A stretch of 64,000 nt of DNA from Octopus vulgaris. Lineage: Eukaryota. Position 1 is the first letter of the stretch; every line of letters starts with the position of its first letter. The stretch spans positions 27,342,001-27,406,000 of the forward strand of contig OX597822.1 of the NCBI GenBank assembly GCA_951406725.2, read 5' to 3'. A model generated the notes under the pieces. The model had not been told where the DNA came from, made no database searches, and saw only the letters and a list, made by a program, of their open reading frames with translations. Of this stretch, positions 14,597 through 27,286 are shown in pieces. A program made the position numbers and the translations under genes.

Positions 14597-14637
<41 letters not shown>

Positions 14638-16811
14638 TACACACAGACACGGACGCACGTACACACACACACACGTACGTATGTTTGTATGTATATATGT
14701 ATGTATGTATTATTGCTTTATCTTGACGATAAAGCAATAACGAAGCAATTTTCTTCATAGCAGTTCTTCTCAAACTGCTAATGTTCCGGTGAAACTGTTT
14801 CAAACTGACTACCGCAAGGAAAGATATGCGCTCGAATGAAATTTTAGCGATCGGATATTCAGAGACAAGATACATTAGAGACCGGATATTCTTGGAAGAA
14901 AACATTGGACACAATGACTTATATGAAATCTGGACGCCTGATAGAATATGTGACGTGGAGAGCAGCAACAGGTGTATTGGAAGTTTCTTGCATCGAAGGG
15001 GCACGAGGCTAGACAACTTGGAGGTACACAAGCCCCTACAGTTACGAGAAAAAAGGCTCATAGAAAACAGAGGTATATCTGTGGATTAAAGGTCGGAGTG
15101 TGTTTCTAAATAGCTGCATACCGATCAGTTAAGGGACCTGCTGCGAATGGGGTCTAGCAAGTCCCTGTTTATGCAAAAACACCGCTCCAAATACTGAACA
15201 GTACTCAATTATAGGCCACACCCCAGCTTCACAGAGGAGTAAACGTTGATTAAATTTGAAGTAATTTCTGGTTCTGAAAAGTAGAGCTGTTTGAGATGTA
15301 GTCTTTGATATGTTGAGGGCATTTAGTCGGAGACCTGAAAGACAGCAAGGAGTAGCATTTAAGGAGAACGTGATGACTCTAATTACTTACTGTTCAAATT
15401 TAAGTGCCTTGATGCAATTTAAGTGATTAGTGTGTGATGTCTAGATTTGATTGGAATCTTTAGAGGAAAGAGGTACTGTCTATTGGTTTTAGTTTTCGTG
15501 TTCGCATCTAATGAAATGTTCAAGTGGTGTCAATGTGCTTTGATGTCACGATATTCTTCAGCAAGAAGCGTGCTTCAAATTGTCGTAACAAAGCAAACTA
15601 CGAAATCACCCATGGAACAGGTAGTTGTGTTAAAATAGGTGACAATTTTACCCCTACATAAATATTTATCCTGCTCACGTAAATTATTTTTTGAGCAGTA
15701 TACTTTTATTATTTTATTCTCGTATTTGTTTCAGTAATTGGACTGCAGCCATACTGATGCACCACCTGGAATGTCTTTTACAATCGAAACGACTCCAATA
15801 CTTACTTAGTTGTTTTCTAAAGACAGGTACTTATTTTATCGGTTCTTTTGTCGAGTCACTTAGGGGTCGCAAACAATCCAATAGTGGCTTTCAAGAAATG
15901 GGGCAAAAGTACAAACACAAACACAAAGACATACACCCACATATGCACATATATATGAAAGTCTTCCACACACTTTTGTCAACCTTATCCACTCACAAAT
16001 CATTGATCGGACCATGGTTAGAATAGAAAGCCGTCGCTCAGGTGCTAAAAAGTAAGACTCAGCACAAAATTATGTTGCTGCGCCGATGTGTTTAAAAATA
16101 AGGTAATTCATTATGAAATCTTCCTGTGTGAATGACTATAGTTAAGCAACGCGTAGGTTCGCCGTCCAACTTCCTTTTGTTTACGTGTTATACGATGATT
16201 CTTTGTTCTAAAAAAATGGGAAACTCTAGCCATGGAGTCATGGATAGATATGTAGACAGAAACATGAAGAAAGCGAGCGAGAGACTAAAACAGACAGAGA
16301 GAGAGAGGGAAAGAGAATGAAGGAAAGAGAGAGATAGAGAAAACAATTTCTTTTCTGGAAATCTATTTCAAAACTAAGATAATTTTTCTAATACTTTGGC
16401 ACACACCTGATTAAAGACGTTATATGGAACGATTAAACTATATATTGAATATTGACAATTTCTTTTATTAGAACCATCAAAATCGTAACAAATACGAAAA
16501 TAACCACACAGAAAAAAAAGCAAAAAAAAAAAAACAAAACAAAACAAAACAAAAACAATCTTTAACGAAAGAAAAAATAATAAATAGGCACGATATGTAT
16601 AATTGGATTTTAACGGAAATAAACGGACATTAGAGGAAACTTGGAAACCATTTAAACGAACAAATAAAATGAAAACTCTCTTTTAGCGTGGGAGGAGACT
16701 TTCTTTACAAAGCACAATATAAATTGAATACTTTAAAATTATTTTAATTATTTGAATATGATTTTCTCTCGTTCTCTCAATTAATCCCTCCCTCACTTCC
16801 TGTCTGTCTCT

Positions 16812-16893
<82 letters not shown>

Positions 16894-16967
16894 CTCTACT
16901 TTTCTATTTCTCCATTTGTTTTCCACCTCTTTCTTTCTATTTCTCTCTCTCTCTCTCTCTCTATCTG

Positions 16968-17033
<66 letters not shown>

Positions 17034-17117
17034 AATCTATCTATCTATCTATCTATCTGCCTGCCTGTCTGTCTGTCTGTATCTATCTATCTATCTGCCT
17101 GCCTGTCTGTCTGTCTG

Positions 17118-17168
<51 letters not shown>

Positions 17169-19324
17169 TTCTTAATGTTGCTCATTCAGTTTATTTGGAA
17201 ACTAAGTGAATTTTACATTTCCTTGACTATCTCTGAAATATCAAATGGTCACAATTACCATAGAATCTGCTTCATATTATTTCTGAAGCCCACGTATTAT
17301 TGCCTATTATCATTACATATTCCATTTCCCTTTTCATGTATATATTTATTGCTACTTTGCAACGAGCGTGGATGTTCGTTCTATTAAAATGTTATCGACT
17401 TAGACACCCACACATGGCAAACTTCAATCTTGACAAAAGTAGAGTCACGTTGCATGAAATAGTCATAGATATGCTATGTCTGGAAACAAAAGATAGTATG
17501 AGTACGACCGAAAGGTTGTTGATCACAGGTGTTTTTGATCAGAGATGAAGTAATGGTTAAGCAGCAACAACAACAACAACAACAATACAAAACATATTCT
17601 TTAAAGTAACCGGGATATCAGTTCTTACTATTGTCAGTACTAAGGAATCTTATTTCTTTACTGCCCACAAGGAGACAAACAAGGACAGACAAACGGACTA
17701 AGTCGATTATATCGACCCCAGTGCGTAACTGGTACTTATTTAATCGACTCCGAAAGAATGAAAGGCAAAATCGACCTCGGCGGAATTTGAACTCAGAACG
17801 TAGCGGTAGACGAAATATCGCTAAGCATTTGTTTTAGTCTGGTATTTATTCTATCGATCACCTTTTGCCAATCCACTTTGTTACGGGGACGTAAACAAAA
17901 CAAGACCAGTTGTCAAGGGATGGGACAGTAAAAAAAAGGATACACCCATGCGCACATAATATCTAACTATCGGTCTGTCTGTCTGTCTGTCTATCAACAT
18001 ATATACAAGCATAAATATATGTATGTGTATGTGTATTTTATCTTTTATCTACCAAATCCAGCCACAAGGCTTTGGTTGACCCGAGTTTATAATAGATGAC
18101 ACTTGTCCAAAGTACCACGCAGTGGTTGAAAAGAAACCTCTTACCATAACACACCTACATACATACGACGGGCGTCTACACTGTTTCTGTCTGCTAATTT
18201 ACCTCAGAAGGCAATGGGTCAGACTGGAGCTATAGTAGAGGACCCTTGGTCGAAGTACCGCATAGTGGGACTGAACCCGAAATCACGTAGTTGAGAAGCT
18301 AACTGCTTCACCACATAGCCATGATAGCGCACGTCTAAATCATTATTTTCTGAAGTCCTTGCGGGAATCAATTCAAATCTATATATTTATCAGGAGTAGA
18401 TATAATAATTATCCGTATTAACTAAAGGAAAAAATAATGGGAAAGCTTTATTTTTGATAATAATATAGTAATACTGGTGAAAATAAATATCAGTAAATTT
18501 TCATATACACTACCGGGATTTATTCGCCATGAGCACGAATCTTAAGAGAAAAATATCAATTTTTTTTTTATTTTAGGAATATAAAAATATTCAGGAACTG
18601 AAAACAATATCCTCTTACATTTTACCAAGCTGAAGTCAATCTATTTTTTCCAAGTGTTATCTATGCATTGCTGCTGGATAGCTTATTTGTTCTATAACAC
18701 GGTTTAGCAGGCAATAAAGGATACACGGTTATAAATGCGAAAAGGATTATCTAGAGAAGAAATTACACGAAGAAAGCTTGGTTGTTTGTCATGATACTTC
18801 GAAAGCAAAGCAGCTTCAAAATAAAAGGTACCGGATTAAAAAAGAAATATCTTAGTTTTATTACGTAATTTGATATTCTTCCATTTCTTTCATCATCTTG
18901 TTCAAGAGCTTATTGTGCCAGCTTGATGTTAGCATTCCTGAAATGGATTACAAAGTAAGAAACCTCTACGATATAACAGTTGGAGACATTCATAACACTA
19001 AGATGAATAAACATCTTCAACCCTCAAAATACGTAGACGGATCTTACGTATACTCCAGAATACCTATCGTATTGCGAGGGAAGCTTGTTGATATCTATCG
19101 CAAACGACACGGAGCAATGTATTTGAGTGGTGGGGACTACTTTATATAGAAAACAACCACGACCCTCATAATACATAGGTATAAGCAATTCACTAGAATT
19201 TACGTACTCTGTGATACTTGTCGCTTTTCTTTGCAATAAGAACTGGAACAATGTTTTTGTGTTTGGGAATCGTATAATTGCATCTGTCGACACATATTGG
19301 ACGTGATCAAAAACATTCCATCTT

Positions 19325-19539
19325 TACTCTGTTACTATTTTACTTGTTTCAGTCATTTGACTGTGGCCATGCTGGAGCACCGCCTTTAGTCGAGCAAATC
19401 GACCCCAGGACTTATTCTTTGTAAGCCTAATACTTATTCCATCGATCGCTTTAGCCGAACCGCTAAGTTACGGGGACTTAAACACACCAGCTTCGGTTGT
19501 CAAGCGATGTTGGGAGAAAAAACACAGACACACAAACAT

Positions 19540-19570
<31 letters not shown>

Positions 19571-19747
19571 CATACATATATACGACGGGCTTCTTTCAGT
19601 TTCCGTCTACCAAATCCACTCACAAGGCATTGGTCGGCCCGAGGCTATACTAGAAGACACTTGTCCAAGGTATCACGCAGTAGGACTGAACCCAGAACCA
19701 CGTGGTTGATAAGCAAGCTACTTACCACACAACTACTCTTACGCCTA
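19325..19747 (-). mobile_element. Octopus-type tRNA-derived SINE with internal (CA)n
   Basis: tttcagtcatttgactgtggccatgctggagcaccgcc..aagcaagctacttaccacac. Same family at about 1315, 15720, 20445, 25620, 36190, 43030, 58710. Confidence 0.9.
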
Positions 19748-20406
19748 AAGAAATCCCGGATACAAACCGTAGGTTATCTTATGCAATATCATTTCTAATA
19801 TGCTAGAATATATGTGTGGTTTGAAGGAAGTTTTAACAAATCAAGCAACAAAGTAAGGTATCCCTTGTTCATACAATAATAAGCTATATTTAAGATATCT
19901 GTCTTGGAAGCGGGGAAACCACTTATACAGAAAATACAGAACTCACGGGCCTTCGTGTTAACAGTAGTCCAGTTACTTTTATGGCCAGTGTTGTTATTGA
20001 TTCAAATATCATTATCTCCAGGAAGTTGACCAGAGAAAAGTTGCAACAATCTTTAACTCTGGAAGCAGAGAATTCTAAGTATGGCTTTAGTATTTCATGT
20101 CCATAAAGACAAAATTCGATTAGACGTGCTTCCACAGGGTCAAATATATAACTGGCTACTTATTGAATCACTGGACGTCAAAATTTTGTAGATGCTAGGC
20201 TAAAGACCTCTTATTTCTCAAGCAGAGAAGAACCGAGTATTCTGAAAAGTCAGATTAGGTACCGTTACCGATTTTGCAAAAGCATAATTGCTAATGATGA
20301 GTAAAAAAGTTCTTTTACAAAGTGAACTACTCTTTACGGAAGAAGAAAAGGGGAAGGAACAGGGAGAAAGGAAGATGAGAAGGAAAATATTATTATTATT
20401 AAGAAT

Positions 20407-20439
<33 letters not shown>

Positions 20440-20644
20440 TCTTTTTCCTTTTAATTGTTTCAGTCATCTTCACTGCCGCCATGCTGGAGTACCGCCTTTA
20501 GTCAAATAAATCAACTCCAGGACTTTTTCTTTATAAGCCTAGTGCGTATTCTATCGGGCTCTTTTGCCGAAGCGTTAAGTTATGGAAACGTAAACACACC
20601 AATATCGGTTGTCAAGCGATGGTGGAGGGACAGATACTTACACA

Positions 20645-20732
<88 letters not shown>

Positions 20733-20869
20733 ACAGGTTTCTTTCAGTTTCCGTCTGCCAAATGCACTCACAAGGCTTTGGTCGGCCCGAGCCTATAGTA
20801 GAAAACACTTGCCCAATGCTATGCAATGCGACTAAACCCGGAGCCATGTGGTTCGTAAGCAAGCTACTT

Positions 20870-23362
20870 TTATTCATCAAATTGGCCATGAAAGCCGTAC
20901 ACAGATAAGACAAATATATTAATGATATGAGGATGATAATGATGAACAAAAATGGGAGGGGCTCCGGCGACCGCCGACCGACAACACCTCGAAATCACTG
21001 TTCTTTTACTCAATTTTACTCAAAAAAGCACAAAATTTACAAAATTTTCCTTAATCTTCCTCTTTCTCATCCGAGCCCCCGCATAAGTTTCCTGCAGCCT
21101 GCAGGAAAGCCTGCATCAGCAGGTCGGAGCCCGGAAAGAGAAAAGCAAATTCTTCTTTTCCAAAGGCCACCATGACCTCAAAAAGTTCTTTTTATGCTAT
21201 GACCTCCGAAGCCACCTGTGGAGGCCAACTTGGACAGTCAATGCAGACCGAGTCGTAACGTTGTCGGTCGAGAAGATTGTCCAAGAATCTCTCGATAGCC
21301 CCTCCCTTGTGATAGAAAATGACGGGTTCCACCTCTCCCTCACGGGGAGGGACCCCATCCTGCTCTGTCAGTGGGACAATTCCCACTGACGGAGTCTTTC
21401 TGCCGGTGGCACACATCCCACCAGTTGATCATTGGGATCTGTCGGCGGTACATCAACCTCCGCCGACCGTCTCCTATTTTTTCTTTTTCTTCTTTTATTT
21501 CTCTTCTTTGGGCTTGCGGTAGTCAGGGCCTCTATCGGTTTATCCATGAGGTCTGCCTCCTCTCCTGCAACCTGTATGTCTTTTGGTGAGCAACCATTGT
21601 TGCTCGCCTTTCTTTTCTTTTTCGGGGAGGCAACCGCCTACACTACTTCCTCCATCTCCTCCTCCAATGGGTTGGGGGCGGAGGGCACCTTTTCTTTTTT
21701 CTTCTGCTCCAGAGCCTTACCTCGGTCCTGGGGACAGTTCTTTTTGATGTGACCTGGTTCCAGGCACAGGTGACACTTGGGTTGGGGGGACCCTAAAGAA
21801 TCACCGGATACCCGGCCATTACCAAAAGATCAGGGAATACTAGGTCTCCGGCCGACTGGGTCCAAAGGGTCAGAACTGATTTTGACCCTGCCCAATCGGT
21901 CGCGGCCTCCACCCTGACACTGAGGAGCTTGGTTTCGCTACCACACAGACCTCTACGAATGGTCTGTTGTATCCATTCAGACTGAATTCCGAGCAGCAGT
22001 CCACATACCCAAGCCCTAATTATTTTCTTCCCACAATATGTGGGAAGGAACAAAATCTCATCCCCTTGTAGGAGTTGGCTTGCCGCAGTGCAAGCTTTCT
22101 CAGGGGTGTCAAATATCAACCTCACCGTTGGATACCTGACACCCCTGGACAAAAAGTAATATTTTGCCGGCAAACATTTTGCCAGCTCTTTATCAATGAT
22201 ACTTTTGTCGGAGGGGGCGATGGCGTCACGCCACCTAGAATAGGTCCGTAGTACCACCGTCCTCCTCTCAAGGGTTTCAAGCCCCTGCTTAGATGGGACA
22301 ATCTCCCACTCTAAAGCGGTGACCTTATTTTCATTCATATTAAAATGACCACATAGAATAAACAAAAAAACAAAATTCCAAACACAGGAAAAATAGAGAA
22401 AACTGTTCAATAAAGGCGGAAGAAATGAAAATAATAGTTCATACCAAAAATAGTTCATAAAAGAAAGAGAAAAGCAAAACAAAAGTTCACAAAGAGTAAA
22501 TAAAAATATTTAGTTCCTGGCAGAAAAAAATTCAGGCCACAATGATACTCGACTCTATTCGATCCCGGCTCCTTTGCAGCTCTCAATTTGATGGTAAAAT
22601 CCAGTTCTTTGCTTGTAACTAACAAAAAAAAAAAAAAAAATTCAATCTCTTCTTCAAATCCATAATTTTCGAAACCTCTTAGCTGGTTTAAAAACAACAA
22701 TAATTCTTCTTCAGTTTTTCTCCACTGTAGAGAAACAACAATTTACTTCAAAAAGTTCCGGCTTGCTTCTCGGGCTGTTCAAAAAAGCCCACAGGCAACA
22801 AGCCGCACACACTTTGCTTGCAAAACAAGCAACAAATTCACTGCCAAGAGTAAGCGAAAATGCCTCAGAGCAGGGCAGAATATACTGTAATAAAAATAAG
22901 TCAATAATTATACCCAGCTCAGAAAAAACAAAATCGCTCACCCTGACGGCGACCCTTTTCTCTAAGACGGAGCTAAACTGCTACACGTCTTCAATAAAGG
23001 TGGAACAAATGAAAATAATATTAAAAGAAAGAGAAAGGAAAAACAACTTTTCACAAAAAGTAAATAAAATTATATAGTTTCAGGCCGAAAAAGAATTCAG
23101 GTCACAATGATACTCCGGCCCTATTCGATCCCGGCTCCTTTACAGCTTTCAATTTGATGGTAAAATCCAGTTCTTTGCTTGTAACTAAGCAAAAAGACTT
23201 TTAAATCTGTAATAAAAATAAGGCAACAATTCTACCCAGCTCAGAAAAAACAAAATCGCTTACCTTGACGGCGACCTTTTTCCCTAAGACGGAGCTAAAC
23301 CGCTACACGTCGTCCCTTGTTCACTGTAGCAAGTAACTGGCCAACGCGCATGCGTGAACGGT
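20870..23362 (-). mobile_element. Tx1/L1-clade element carrying 5'UTR plus ORF1 (gag-like, CCHC knuckle) but no ORF2
   Basis: ORF 21793-22482 continues by frameshift into PQPKCHLCLEPGHIKKNCPQ (CX2CX4HX4C). 3' end is similar to that of the neighbouring element; bounded by agcaagctactt repeats. Confidence 0.75.
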
Positions 23363-23374
23363 TAGCAAGCTACT

Positions 23375-24687
23375 TTAATTCATGAAAATTTGCCATTAAG
23401 ACGTTACATAGAGGGGACATACAAGAACAGACAAACATATAAGGTGGAGTAGCTTAAAACGTTTTAAAAATTTACAATATGATGGATACAAATTTCAATG
23501 AAAGTTTACAAATTTAATGTTATATAGTAGGGTAAGGAACCCAGCCATCTGGCTAGAACCTTTACTTCTTGATCCGGCCACACTTACCTGGTGCCAAACA
23601 TACCCAGCTTGCAAGCCATATTTTCATCGTAGCCCAGGGTCTACCCCAAGATGTCTTCTGACATAAATTCCGCTAACCCGCTATAGAAATCCGCGCTGGT
23701 ACTCTTGTTGCCGGCGTTGCACGCCCGAGAGAGTAGCTGGAGTGCCTGATGGCACTCCAAATGCCATTCCCCCAGTTTAGGTCTCCGCTTGATCCATGCA
23801 CCGGTGTCCATTAAGGACGTTAACTGGGGAAGGTAGAAACGAACGTGCGGTGACCACACCTGCTCTCCATCCAGGTAAAACCAGAGATGCCTCAACCTTA
23901 ATGCGAGTTTTCGCACCTTCAGCCAAGGCATCCCTAGCCCACCCTTTCGCGGTTTCTGGCAGCAGACAGAGCGCTTTACAAGGGGCTTTCCTCCTTTCCA
24001 CAAAAAGCGGAAAAGGATTCTCTCCTACTTGTTCAGTCACAAATCGGGGCAAGGCACCACGGTCGGATGGTAGATGATTACTGATGCTATGAACATCTGC
24101 ACCACCTCCGCCCTCCCTAACAGGGATAACGCCCGTCCAGACCAGGTCTGGGTTAGAGCGGTCACCCTGCCGGCCACTTCACTCCAATTTTTCTCTATCT
24201 GGAAGTCTTGACCAATCCAGACTCCGAGCAGGTTAACAGGACCTTCCGTCCAACGCCCCACGACGTTATTGGACAGCATCGGCTTGCCCCTCCAGGTGCC
24301 GAGTTGCAAACCGACCGACTTGCCCTTGTTAACCTTTGCTCCTTCCACCGCCTCGTAGCTTTTGATGGCCTCTTCCACCACTGGAAGCTGGCCTTCATCT
24401 GCCACGATGATGGAGATGTCATCCGCGTACGCCGTAGCTCCTCTTCCACACCATAGATCATGCGGTGCGCCCCCTAGTGCCTCCAGCCTCCGCAGCAAAG
24501 GCTCAAGAGCCAACACATATAGAACCGGGGACAGGGGACACCCCTGACGAACTGAACGCTCGATCCTGAACGGCTTCGAAAAGAAACCGTTCACCTTGAC
24601 GACAGACTCGATGTCGCTATACAAAGCAGCGATCCAACCTCGAAAGGTCGGGCCCAGGCCAGCCTCCCCAAGGACCGCCGCCAAGGT
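23375..24687 (-). mobile_element. 5'-truncated Tx1/L1-clade LINE ORF2 (RT) fragment
   Basis: SVRQGCPLSPVLYVLALEPL..AYADDI..GAKVNKGKS..LSLLGR..KGGLGMP. Confidence 0.92.
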
Positions 24688-24741
24688 TAGCAAGCTACTT
24701 ATCACACGGCCACTCCTGCGCCTATAATAATAATAATAATA

Positions 24742-24773
<32 letters not shown>

Positions 24774-26985
24774 ATTAATAATAATAATAATAATAATAAT
24801 AATGTTAAGAAGAAGAAGAAGACATATCAATATTGCAATCACTACGTTAATCAGAAGTGTATCTACGTGTATGTATGTATGTATGTATGTATGTATGTAT
24901 GTATGCATCAGGTCACTTTCGTGTGCTACTGGTAACATGTAAACCAGTACAACCTGTTGCATGGTCGGGCCGTTGGCGTCTAAACTGGCAACCCACCAAG
25001 CTTGCTTGGTGAGGAGGATGTTTATTGGACACCATGCGAGATGAAAAACAAAACCTGTCAAAGGGCGGAGGAACTCTTGAGAGTCAACGGCCATCCAATA
25101 AATGTGTATTTTTTTTAAGGCTTAAGGCTGTATCATGCTCGGGGACATAGAAATAATTGGACTGAATACCCGATCGCGCGGTTAAACCATCGGGAGTGAA
25201 GGACTCCTAGCCTTTGTCAGGGCATCATTCAAGTAGAAGGTAATTCAGGTAACTAGGATAACTCCGACATAAAACCTGCGGCTCAGTGGTTTCCGATGAT
25301 GTTGACTCGTTCTTCTTTTCGGATTATGACTGCTGTTGCTTAGTGAGTGGGATTGACTCAGTGCACAGCCTTTCCTCACTTCTTGCACAGGCATTGCACG
25401 ATAACAACATTGTTCATGATTGTTGATAGTGCTGTGAGTCTCAACTGAATGGCTGGATGTAGCCTTAAAAAGCAAATAAAAGTCACATTCGATCTCAGCA
25501 CCAATAACAGTTAAGCTTCGTGCAATGGCCATACTCGATAACGAGGGGGCAGCCATCATGTATGTATGTGTATATGGTTGTATATATGTATGCATGCAAG
25601 CATGTATGTATGCATATGTGTGTGTGTATGTGTATGGTAAGAAACTTGCTTCCCAAGCACATGGCTCCGAGTTCAGTCCCCACTGCGTGACACCTTGAGC
25701 AAGTGTCTTCTACTATAGCCTCAGGCTGACTAAAGCCTTGTTAGTGGATTTGGTAGACAGAAACGGAAAGAAACCCGTCGTATATATATCAGTGTTTGTC
25801 TCCTAGCTTGACAATCGATGATGGCGTAAGAGAATGATAGAATAAGTACTAGACTTACAAAAATAAGTCCTAGGGTCAATTTCTTCGACTAAAATCCCTT
25901 TCAATCGGTGTTCCAGCATGTCCGCAGTTAAATGACCGTAACAAATAAATGAGTAAAAGAAAAAACATACATACATACATTCATACATACATACATACAT
26001 ACATACATACATACATACATAATACATATATGTGTGTACGTGGGAGAGTGTGCGTGTGAATGTATGTGTGCGTGCATGTCTCCGAGTGGCAGCACATTAG
26101 TTTCCGTCAACAAGATTCCACTTATAAGACATTGGTCAACCTGAGTGTAAAATGGAATACAGTTCCCAGTGATACAGTGAACTGGAGTCGAAACCTGAAC
26201 CACCTAGTTGTTAAGTCAAATTGTTAACCACCCTGGTACGTTTGAGTCCTCCATCATATGAAACCATACAAATTAAAAGATAAAATAAGAATAGAAAAGC
26301 TACATAATTGTTGATTATTATTTTATTTCCTGTGTCGATCTCTTTCATTTTTCTACGCATTTCTGTCTGATTGGTATCAGACGTATTTATCGATCATCAA
26401 AATATAGACGATTTCAAAGCTAACAATAAGGTTTCTGTTAATGAATCAGTCTCCGGAACAGTGTTAATCCATTTATAAATATACACGCTAAACCATTCCA
26501 GTGCTGCCTGGTAAATAACTTTGATTTAATTACCACTTAACACTGAATTGTTTTGTTCGAACTTTTTCTCTAGATGGTCTGCAATATGATTCCCAAGTTA
26601 ATTACTGGGATTTATGAATTTAAGGTTATACAATTCGTATTGATCAAACTTAATTTAGTTTGAATTCTCCTTGGTCAAACGAGTTCAGCAGGTTTCTTCA
26701 TTTCTCAAACAGTACGCGAAGTTTCGCTAGATTATCTCGTCATTCTTGATGATCTGATACGTCTCGCTTTTCTCTATTCTGATCTTCAGTACAAATTTGA
26801 GACAGAAAAGAGGAAGAAAGATCCTCTGATTAGGAAAACACGAAACATGATTTTATGTATTAATTACTAGCCAGAGAGGCGGGTAACCGCTGTTATATAT
26901 TACATTACAGAGTGATTAGTTCTGAAGTCCATAAGAGCGGTTATCTTGGGACGACTACCGCATTGACTGGCCTTTCGACAGTGCG

Positions 26986-27190
26986 TATACAAAGTCCGCA
27001 AAAAAATGTATACACACTTAAGAAAATGAAAATCTGTATAAATATTTTAATTCAGTGTTATTGCAATTTATTCAGTGTAATCGCAGTTTGATAAAACATC
27101 GAAAGAGGTAACTATATTTATAGAGATACTTATACAAACGAATTTTTCCTTCCTTGAAGTGTGTATACCTTTTTTTGGGCGGACTCTGTA
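26986..27190. mobile_element. Tc1/mariner-type MITE in the L C-terminus
   Basis: TIRs tacaaagtccgcaaaaaaatgtatacacact / agtgtgtataccttttttgggcggactctgta, TA flanks. Confidence 0.85.
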
Positions 27191-27286
27191 CATTAAGTAT
27201 AATGCATAGATAGCTATTTTAATCCTATACACTCTCAGTTGTGTATAGTGGATTTTTAATCAGACAACCAGCTATTCTTAACATCA

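Noticed and set aside
18898-19149. 83-aa ORF as a standalone gene, with MYLSGGD as the MTase glycine motif
   Set aside because: Lies within decayed L; the better MTase match (IGISNS..VFVFGNRI) is downstream in another frame
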